64,000 nt of DNA. Source: an uncultured Alphaproteobacteria bacterium (GTDB lineage: Bacteria; Pseudomonadota; Alphaproteobacteria; Rhizobiales; Beijerinckiaceae). The notes under the pieces are model-generated. The model did no database searches and was not told the DNA's origin. It saw only the letters and a program-made list of their open reading frames with translations. The first letter of the stretch is position 1, and every line of letters begins with the position of its first letter. The position numbers and the translations under genes were made by a program. Location of the stretch: assembly GCA_963728675.1 (NCBI GenBank), contig CAVSLO010000065.1, positions 732 to 64,731 of the forward strand, in the 5' to 3' direction. Positions 55,720-64,000 of the stretch are shown piece after piece.

Positions 55720-57283
55720 TCACCCGGCCGACGCCGAAAAATGCCGCGTCAGCACTTCGCGCACGGCCTCTTCGAGGCGATTCTCATCGACCGAGAACTG
55801 CGCCTCGGCCTGTTTTTGCAGGTAATCCGCGCGATCCTTGCCGCCTTGGGCGATTTCCGCGCCAAGTCTCAAATCCTTGATCTGGACTTTTCCGTCGGCC
55901 TTCTCGTTCGAGCCCTGGATGACCACGCAGGGGCTTTGCCGCCGGTCGGCGTATTTCATCTGCGCCTTCATGCCCGCCGCGCCCAGATAAAGTTCGGCCC
56001 GGATGCCGGCGGTGCGGAGGGCGGCGACCATGCGCTGGTAGTCGGCGATGCGGTCGCGGTCCATGACGAGCACCACGACCGGGCCGGGCTTTTCCGCGTC
56101 CGCGACGATGGGGCTTTTGACCGCCTTCAGCGCCGCGAGCAGGCGCGAGACGCCGATGGAAAAGCCCGTCGCCGGCACCGGCTCGCCGCGGAAGCGGCCG
56201 ACGAGCCCGTCATAGCGCCCGCCGCCGCCGACCGAGCCGAAGCGCACCGGCTGGCCGTCCTCGTTTTTGACCTCGAATGTCAGCTCGGCCTCGTAAACCG
56301 GGCCGGTGTAATATTCGAGGCCGCGGACGACGGAAGGGTCGATGATGATGCGGTCGGATGTAACCTGCTGCTTCGATGCAATGCAAGCGATTTCTCGTAG
56401 CTCTCGAATACCCTCCAACCCGCTGTGCGCCAACGACCTGAAAGTTCATGCCTCCATGTTGGAGAGCGTCAATGTCACTGTCCGACTGAAGCTCCTAACC
56501 GAGCTGCGAGCGCCTGTGCCTGCTTTGCTCCAACCAGTGAAGTTGACGACGCTTCGATGATTGCAGCGTCTGCGCAGCCCCGCTCCTCTGGTGAAATCGC
56601 CGCTTTCGTCTCTGCGTCCATGGTCCCAAGAGTTGATCGACGCCTTCCATGCCAAGACGGTCCAGCTTGTCGATGGCCCGCAGCACCGTAAGCCGTTGGC
56701 CTGCTTTGTCCTCTCCGCCGAGCCCGATCGCCTCCATCACGCCATCCAGCACCTTGCGGTTGTTGACCTTGATAACGTAATCGCCCCGCTTGATCCCAAC
56801 CGCCTCCAGCGTATCCGCCGCCATCATGCACATCTCGGCGTCCGCCGCGACGCTGGCGGCGCCCACCGTGTCGGCGTCGAACTGCATGAACTGGCGGAAG
56901 CGGCCCGGCCCCGGCTTTTCGTTGCGAAACACCCAGCCGAAGCGGTAGCTGCGATAGGGTTTTGGCAGCGCGTCGAAGTTTTCGGCCACGTAGCGGGCGA
57001 GGGGGGCGGTGAGGTCGTAGCGCAGCGAGAGCCACTGCTCGTCGTCGTCCTGGAACGAGAACACGCCCTCGTTCGGCCGGTCCTGGTCCGGCAAAAATTT
57101 GCCGAGCGCGTCGGTGTATTCGACGAACGGGGTCTCGACCGCCTCGAAGCCGTACAGCTCATACGTCTCGCGGATTTTCTCCAGCATCCGGTGCGTGGCG
57201 GCGAGGTCGGCGGGGCCGCGGTCGGCGAACCCGCGCGGCAGGCGGGCTTTCGGCTTGTCGGTCTTTTTTTCGGGCGCGGACAT
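55720..57283 (-). CDS. hisS: Histidyl-tRNA synthetase (indels in the central variable segment)
   Basis: [62 protein letters not shown]. Confidence 0.95.
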
Positions 57284-57820
57284 CGGCTTCACGAGGAAAA
57301 CTGTGAGGCGCGGCATAGCCCGCGCATCGGTCAGCGGCAAGCGAGCCAGGCGGCTTGGGAATCTCCGCGGATAGTCTGCGCTCCCTCCTGGCATGCCCGG
57401 CTTAGGCAGGCATCCATGAACACTGGCGGAGCAGGACGAAGCGGCGGGTCTCCTCTTTTCGCCAACTCTCGTGTTCATGGGTCCTCGCCTGCGCGAGACA
57501 ACGCAGCAGGCGCGCGTGATCGCCCCGCGGCCGCTTGGCGCAAGGTTCTGGTCGAGGACTGATGCATGTCAAAGAGCGGCCCTCATGCTGTGATGAGGGG
57601 AGCGGGATGCCAGGTCGCCAGCTCTCAACCCGGATTTCCCCGTGCGCCCCGACGGCGCGTATCACCAGTGGAGGAGGGTTCCACCCGGAGAGTTGTCGAT
57701 TGCTCCGGTAGCTGACGAGCGGTTTGGTCGGGCAACTGACTGGGCTGGAGCCTCGTGACAAAGGCCGCCTTGGGCGGTTGAGCAATCCAGCGGGCCGTAA
57801 CGCGCGTGAAGCCTGAGGAG

Positions 57821-58590
57821 GCCTTGTATGGGGCGTTCGATGTCAAGCGGTTTCGGCCGAGACCGGCTTTCGGCCTGACCACTGCCATCGTTTCGGACCT
57901 TGCCGGACGGCGTTTTAGCTTCCAGCCTTGGGAGCATCGCACAGTGCGCTGGCGGCACGGTGCGAGTGTCGCACTATTCCAGCCATACCTTCCCAATGGA
58001 CGATACCAGGCCTCCGTGGTCGCGCCGACCAACCATCCCGGTTGCCGCCACGCGCGACGCTATCGGACACTGTCCGGAGCCTTGTATGGGGCGTTCGATG
58101 TCAAGCGGTTTCGGCCGAGACGGCTTTCGGCCTGACCACTGCCATCGTTTCGGACCTTGCCGGACGCGTTTTAGCTTCCAGCCTTGGGAGCATCGCACAG
58201 TGCGCTGGCGGCACGGTGCGAGTGTCGCACTATTCCAGCCATACCTTCCCAATGGACGATACCAGGCCTCCGTGGTCGCGCCGACCAACCATCCCGGTTG
58301 CCGCCACGCGCGACGCTATCGGACACTGTCCGGAGCCTTGTATGGGGCGTTCGATGTCAAGCGGTTTCGGCCGAGACGGCTTTCGGCCTGACCACTGCCA
58401 TCGTTTCGGACCTTGCCGGACGCGTTTTAGCTTCCAGCCTTGGGAGCATCGCACAGTGCGCTGGCGGCACGGTGCGAGTGTCGCACTATTCCAGCCATAC
58501 CTTCCCAATGGACGATACCAGGCCTCCGTGGTCGCGCCGACCAACCATCCCGGTTGCCGCCACGCGCGACGCTATCGGACACTGTCCGGA
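57821..58590. repeat. Three tandem copies of a 256-bp unit (57821-58078, 58079-58334, 58335-58590)
   Basis: Near-identical copies, copy 1 with two extra bases; each includes the IS110 end sequence. Confidence 0.95.
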
Positions 58591-58659
58591 GCCTCGAGCA
58601 CAAGTTGCTCGGCGAAAGCCGAGCCTCGACGATCAGAGGGGAGCTTGCCATCGGGCACG

Positions 58660-58830
58660 GATCATCGCGCCACACCCTTGTATTCGGTCGGTCCACGGGG
58701 GCCTGACCATGATGCAGTCATGCGCATCGGCGGCGAAGCTCCGGGGCGGCGGGCCCATTCTCGAAAACGGTGTCAACACCATGGCCTCCTTCGGGTGACC
58801 GCCACCTCGGATCGTCATCGGAGACCGGCG
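58660..58830 (-). ncRNA. IS110 bridge RNA / seekRNA
   Basis: Target loop guides match the insertion site and donor loop guides match the element ends (see findings); boundaries approximate. Confidence 0.8.
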
Positions 58831-58879
58831 ATGTCCTGTTCACCAGGCTCCAAGAGCTTGTCCTATCCGCGTTCGCCCG

Positions 58880-60043
58880 TCACGCCGCTCGCAAGACGAC
58901 GCCAGCTGGCACCTCGCCCGTGGTCACCATTCGCCACAGCGCGATCAGCAGCTTTCTCGCCAGGGCCACGATCAGGGTCTTGCGCGTGCCGCCGTGGGCG
59001 TCGGCCGTGCGCGCCCGATACCACTGCGCCAGCGCACTCTCCTTCTGATGAAGCAGGAAGCGCCAGGCCAGCTGGATCATCCCGCGGCGGACGCGGGCGT
59101 TGCCCGCTTTGGCGAGCCCTTTCTCGCGTCGCCGGCTGCCGCTCTCGTCGGGGGAGCCGGTGAGGCCCGCATAGCGGGCGACGGCTCTTCGATCGCGCCA
59201 GGTCCGGGCAAGAACCTCATGAACCAGCATGTCCGCTGTCTCAACGCCAATGCCCATAATGCGCGCGAGGAGACGAACCATGACATGCGTCTTGTCCTGA
59301 GGAGCCTGTTTCAGCTCTTGCGCACGCATCTCCTCAACCTCCTTGATCTGGTCCATGACGAACCGCAGGCGGGCCATGTCGCGACGAAGTTCGAGCAGCG
59401 TGTTGGGCGGGAGCGGCACCCCCTCGGGGGTCCGAAGCGCTGTGAGACGGTCCGGGGCGTTGCGCAAGGTCGGCTTGAAGGTCCGAACCCCGAAGCGGAC
59501 CAAACACCCCTTCATCCGGTTGACAAGGCGCGTGCGCTCACGGACGAGCCCCTCGCGCTCACGGTTGGGGCGCTTGGCATCCTCCTCCGCCAGCGTCGGA
59601 ATGGCCGCCATGTGGCAGTGATCGGGTTCGCCGCGCAGCCAGCCGATGAAGACGCGTTTGAGCAATCCCGTGTCGAGGCGATCTGTTTTGGCCCGGCGGT
59701 GCTCGCGTGAGACAGCCACGCTGGTCGGATGGATGACGTAGGCTTCGATGTCGCGGGCCCGGAGCCAGCGCGCCAGCCAGAACCCGTCGCGGCCCGCCTC
59801 GAAGGCGACCGCGATGCGCGTGATCGTGCGGCCTTTCTCGGTGGCCTCTGCACGCCAGCGCATCAACAAACGGAGCAATTCCACCTCGCTTGGTTCGAGC
59901 TTCTTCAGCGGATGGCGCTCGATCCCTGGAACAATGCCGGCGACGAGCCAGCTCGCTTGGCTCATCTCAATCACCGCCATGATCGTGCTGTCTTGCTCCA
60001 GGGGAGTGAGGGACCGGCTTAGATCGTCGAGCTGCTGTGCCAT
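58880..60043 (-). CDS. IS110-family recombinase/transposase
   Basis: RuvC-like VIEMS, FEAG, KTDRLD; C-terminal YAGLTGSPDESG, VALARKL. Confidence 0.95.
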   Translation of the reverse strand: MAQQLDDLSRSLTPLEQDSTIMAVIEMSQASWLVAGIVPGIERHPLKKLEPSEVELLRLLMRWRAEATEKGRTITRIAVAFEAGRDGFWLARWLRARDIEAYVIHPTSVAVSREHRRAKTDRLDTGLLKRVFIGWLRGEPDHCHMAAIPTLAEEDAKRPNREREGLVRERTRLVNRMKGCLVRFGVRTFKPTLRNAPDRLTALRTPEGVPLPPNTLLELRRDMARLRFVMDQIKEVEEMRAQELKQAPQDKTHVMVRLLARIMGIGVETADMLVHEVLARTWRDRRAVARYAGLTGSPDESGSRRREKGLAKAGNARVRRGMIQLAWRFLLHQKESALAQWYRARTADAHGGTRKTLIVALARKLLIALWRMVTTGEVPAGVVLRAA

Positions 60044-60583
60044 GGGACGCTCCATCGCGTTGCTTCCAGCGACGATGGTGACATCTCGCCACCGTCCGCC
60101 CCATAGCATCTCGAAAGTGAAGATGCGGATGCCGACCCGCCTGGGAAACGGGGAAGGCCGTGTGAGCGGGGAAGCAATCGACACAGGCACCCGTCTCGAT
60201 CCGCCGGGGTACGGGGCACGGCACGTTGGAAGGGTGATGCGGGTCATCGGGGGAGACCCGTCTCGACTGGGGCTGGCAGCCCCCCACGACGCACAGGCGG
60301 CGGGTCGGACGGGAGTCGGAGAGGGCCATACGACCGTTGAGGCCGGGTAATGCTGGCGGAGGAAAGGGCCCTTACTTCTGGTGCGCTTTGGACGGAGCCG
60401 AGGATCGGTGATTGGCGATGAGCCTGGAACACCCCTGCGTATCCGGACGCTTCTGAAGAAGCTTTACCCCGCGGCGAAGACGGACGCCGATCGGTGTTGC
60501 TGGGCGCGTCTGCCATCGCCCACTGCTTCGGCAGCACGCACCGAACTCGGCGCGCCGCCGTGTGCCGCGCGGTGAAACCAGTC

Positions 60584-60621
<38 letters not shown>

Positions 60622-60778
60622 TGAGCGGGGACGGGAAACGGAGCGTTGCCGCATGGCCCAAGCCACCGCGCCCGTCCTCGACTCTACGATGCGCACACGA
60701 TGCGGTGATCTGAAAGCCTGAATTTCGGTTATCCTGCAAGGGGGTAGTCGGCATCAACGGGGCTGGAGTGGGCTGGAG

Positions 60779-62131
60779 ATGGACGGTGCAGCGGGTGAAG
60801 AAGACACTGCCGCTCTCCGGGTCACGTTCGATCCCCGCCTGAAGCTGGAGTTCCACGGCTCCAAGGTCACGTCTGATGGCGGTCTGCTGGCCTGCCGCGA
60901 ACTCGACGATGCCCTGGGTCTGAGCGAGACCGCTGGAGACATTCTGACGGACACCCGCACCGGCGCGAACGGACGCCACACCCTGGTTGGACAGTTCCGC
61001 CAATCCGTGTTCGGGCGCTTGGCAGGCTACGAGGATGTGAACGATGCGGACCGGCTGGCGCACGATCCGGCCATGCGCTGGATCGTCGGTGGCCGGGCCG
61101 CGACGGGACAGGCGGCCTCCACCAGCCAGATGGGCCGCTTCGAGACCGAGGTGCTGACCCAAGGGGCGAACCTGGCGGCGCTAACCGACCTGAGCGGGCG
61201 CTGGATCGACGTCGTGCATGCTCGCCGCCCCGTGAAGGGGATCGTGCTGGACATGGACTCCAGCGTCAGCCCGACCTTTGGCGAGCAGGAAGGGACGGCT
61301 TACAACGGCCATTTTGGCTGCACCTGCTATCACCCGCTGTTCGTGTTCAACCAGTTCGGTGATCTCGAACGCTGTGCCTTGCGGCCCGGCAACGTCCACT
61401 CCGCCGAGGGCTGGCGTGCGGTGCTGGAGCCGGTGATCGCCCGCTACCGGACGACGATGAAGCGGCGCTACTTCCGGGCCGATGCGGGTTTTGCCGCGCC
61501 GGAGGTCTACGAACTCCTGGAGGCGGAGGACTACGGGTACGTGATCCGCCTGCCCGCCAATGCTGTTCTCCAGCGCAGGATTGCTCATCTGCTCAAGCGT
61601 CCGGTGGGTCGTCCACCCCACGAGGTCCGGCGTTCCTACGCCAGCTTCCGCTATCAAGCCCAGAGCTGGAGCTGCTCACGCCGGGTCGTAGCCAAGGTCG
61701 AGTGGCACCCCGGCGAACTCTACCCACGGGTCGGCTTTCTGGTCACGAACCTATGCCGTCCACCCGAGCGGGTGGTCGCCTTCTACAATCAGCGCGGCAC
61801 GGCGGAGCAGTGGATCCGAGAGGGCAAGAATGCGGTCAATTGGACCCGTCTGTCGTGCCGCTCAATGAAGGCCAACGCGGTCCGGCTTCAGCTTCACGCT
61901 CTGGCCTACAACCTGGCCAACTTCTTCCGCACTCTGGTTCTGCCAGATGAGGTCGAGCGATGGTCGCTGACCACGCTTCGCGAGAAGGTGGTGAAGATCG
62001 GCGCGAAGGTGATCACGCACGCCCGCTACACGGTGTTCCAGATGGCCGAGGTGGCGCTGCCGCGTGACCTGTTCCGCCGCATCCTGGAGATGATCGACGG
62101 CCTGCGGCCAAGGCCGGTGGTGCGATGTTGA
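60779..62131 (+). CDS. IS1380-family transposase
   Basis: VTSDGGLL, LAGYEDVNDA, LDMDSS, YHPL, LRPGN, RADAGF, YNQRGTAEQWIRE. Confidence 0.95.
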   Translation: MDGAAGEEDTAALRVTFDPRLKLEFHGSKVTSDGGLLACRELDDALGLSETAGDILTDTRTGANGRHTLVGQFRQSVFGRLAGYEDVNDADRLAHDPAMRWIVGGRAATGQAASTSQMGRFETEVLTQGANLAALTDLSGRWIDVVHARRPVKGIVLDMDSSVSPTFGEQEGTAYNGHFGCTCYHPLFVFNQFGDLERCALRPGNVHSAEGWRAVLEPVIARYRTTMKRRYFRADAGFAAPEVYELLEAEDYGYVIRLPANAVLQRRIAHLLKRPVGRPPHEVRRSYASFRYQAQSWSCSRRVVAKVEWHPGELYPRVGFLVTNLCRPPERVVAFYNQRGTAEQWIREGKNAVNWTRLSCRSMKANAVRLQLHALAYNLANFFRTLVLPDEVERWSLTTLREKVVKIGAKVITHARYTVFQMAEVALPRDLFRRILEMIDGLRPRPVVRC

Positions 62132-62347
62132 CCCCATCGGCAGAGGGCACCACCGTGGAACCTGACAGGCGACGTGCGCCCAAAATGGCGCGCGATCAGC
62201 AGAACCGGCGCTGTCTCGCGGATAAGAGCGAGCGTTGGAGCTGATCAAACTGGACAATCGGCCTCTTGGTGCTGTTCACAGGTCGTCGTCGAGACTATTC
62301 GGTCTACGAACGTACCCGGTTGGGCTGCCTATCTGGGGAATCCGGGT

Positions 62348-62877
62348 TTAGGCACGCAGCCGCTTGCGTTCGGTAGCCGGTTGGTAGGCGATCTGTGCAT
62401 GGTGAGCGCAGTAGGGTCGTCCGTGATCGCCTGCGCGCCGCAATACCGGAACTCCGGGGTGGTCGGGTCACCCAGCGGGAAGCGGCACATGGCCTCGCGC
62501 AGCTCCATGATCGTCACGCCCTCCGACTGAGGCACAATGGCTGCTTCTCGAAGCGCCACTGGTGCAGGTGGAGCGGCAGCCGGTCCGCTGACGGCTACCG
62601 GCTTGGTCGGCATCGATGCAGGCGTCGGTTCAGTCGGCGAGGATGGCTCTGCCTTAGGGGCCGGGTCCGGCGGGTGTGGCTTGCGTGGGCGCGGCGTGCG
62701 TACTTCCCTGGCCGCGCCGTGAGTAAGACCGAGCCGATTGGCTTTGCCGAGCACGGCGTTTCGGGTCAGGCCACCCCCCAGCTCTGCCGCGATTTGGCTG
62801 GCGCTCAGGCCCTCAGTCCAGAGCTCTTTGAGGCGCTCGATCCGCTCCTTGGTCCAGGTCAGGCCCGCATTTGCCAT
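62348..62877 (-). CDS. gcrA: GcrA-family cell-cycle regulator, accessory copy (one indel)
   Basis: WTKERIERLKELWTEGLSASQIAAELG..TRNAVLGKANRLGL; CRFPLGDP..FRYCG..PYCAHH. Confidence 0.88.
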
Positions 62878-63056
62878 CGCCGCCTCCAAGCGGAATCCCT
62901 CAACCAAACGGACAGGGGTTGGCCCGCCCGCGTGATGGTCTGTTCGTACTGAGGTGAAGGTCGCCGCTCGACGTGTCGTGTTCGACGCGCCCGAATTTAC
63001 AAGACGCGCGGATTGAACGAAGCCGCTGTCGCGGCGTGAGCGGCTTGGTGGCGTGA

Positions 63057-64000
63057 TACCGATTCCGGGCGATGGACTCGGATTGAGGATTCCTGGGTTG
63101 TTGAGCAACGGGTAGGCTGGTGCGCCATGAGTCGCGGAGGCGAGCCATGGCGCGGGTTGCTGATCATCTGAGCGTAGAGGATCTGGAAGCGAGGCTCCGG
63201 TCGGCCCAGGATCCGACCGCGACGCGGCACTTTCAGGTGATCTGGCTGTTAGCGCGGGGTCACACGATCGCGGATGTCGCGGCGGTGACGAGCTTCGGGC
63301 GACGGTGGATTGAGCAGCTGCTCGCCCGCTACAACGCGCACGGGCCCGAGGCCCTGGGCGACCTGCGCCGGCGCAACGGCAGCGCACCGAGCGTGCTGCG
63401 CCCTGAGCTTCTGGCGCGGTTGCCCGAGCGGCTTGCGACGCCTCCGTCCGACGGTGGCCTGTGGTCAAGCCGGAAAGTGGCGGCCTGGATGGCCGGCGAA
63501 CTCGGGCTCGCTGCGGTCTTGCCTCAACGCGGCTGGGAGGCGCTCAAGGCGATCGACTGGTCGGTGCAGAAGCCCCGCCCGCGCCATCCTGCCTCGGCCA
63601 CGCCCGAGGAGCGCGAGGCGTTTAAAAAAAGCTGGAGCAGGCCGTCGCTGAGGCGAGAGCTCAGCACCCGGACAAACCGGTTGAGGTCTGGGCCACGGAC
63701 GAGCACCGCATCGGGCTGAAGCCGATCCTGCGCCGGGTGTGGGCGCCCAAGGGTCAGCGGCCGATCGCGCTCGGTCACCACCGCTATAAGTGGCTGTACG
63801 TCACCGCCTTCGTGCAGCCGATCTCCGGCGAGACCTTCTGGTACATCTCGAACGGGGTGTCCAAGCCGTTCTTTGCCGCGCTGCTGGCCCTGTTTGCGCG
63901 CGAGGCTGGGGCGGGACGGGATCGCATCATCGTGCTTGAGCTCGACAACGCCGGCTGGCACACCGCGCCCAACCTGGCCGTGCCGGACGGGATCCGGCCC
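63057..64000 (+). mobile_element. IS630-family element (runs off window end)
   Basis: HTH ORF from 63148, slippery TTTAAAAAAAG at about 63621, then DDE frame DEHRIGLKP...LDNAGWH; left end inferred at TA 63057. Confidence 0.88.

Larger units (their letters stand above)
57823..60111 (-). mobile_element. IS110-family (IS1111-type) element inserted in intron domain I
   Basis: CT core at both ends (57823-24, 60110-11), subterminal IRs TATGGGG/CCCCATA, long noncoding region 3' of the recombinase; removal restores GAGGAGGCCTCGAAAGTG. Confidence 0.9.

Noticed and set aside
56350-56660. Intron or intein in hisS
   Set aside because: No splice-site or intein motifs; total gene length is normal for an alphaproteobacterial HisRS
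57821-58590. Tandem repeat as a CRISPR array or as coding repeats (104-aa ORFs)
   Set aside because: Units are 256 bp with no unique spacers and no cas genes; the ORFs have no recognisable motifs and lie in the IS noncoding end
63061-63092. GANTC cluster as gcrA autoregulatory promoter
   Set aside because: The sites more likely fall inside the IS630 left end, about 190 bp from the gcrA start
63621-63631. Frameshift in the IS630 transposase as a novelty
   Set aside because: An A-run slippery site between HTH and DDE frames is well known in IS630 elements

Overview
GC-rich chromosomal DNA from an alphaproteobacterium (Hyphomicrobiales, Methylobacteriaceae-like; inferred from phasins, an Omp25-type porin, a PdhS-type kinase, EcfG, GcrA and the Irr/CtrA/PhaR boxes). 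Single-base indels break many conserved genes, worst at about 49.6-54.1 kb, which looks like long-read consensus error, so those genes are treated as intact. Bases 1-10.2 kb carry kdpDE, two kup genes and a LysR/quinone-detox cassette, and end at an integrase remnant plus the 3' half of tRNA-Lys(CTT), an attR-like scar. Bases 10-57 kb are mostly core genes (LD-transpeptidase, porin, ugd, phasins, PAS kinase, pat, bfr/bfd, a general-stress cluster, dcp, GST, a liv-type ABC system, hisG-hisZ-hisS) plus a small transcript with a 17-nt complement to the 16S rRNA 3' end. The most striking region is 57.6-62.3 kb, a three-level nest: an IS1380 whose left terminal repeat is split by an ORF-less group II intron, whose domain I is split by an IS110/IS1111-type element. 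The IS110 bridge-RNA guides can be read directly and match the intron insertion site and the element's own ends. Its 3' noncoding end also carries three tandem 256-bp units, each holding a second target-binding-loop-like hairpin with a different guide. An accessory gcrA and an IS630 follow.
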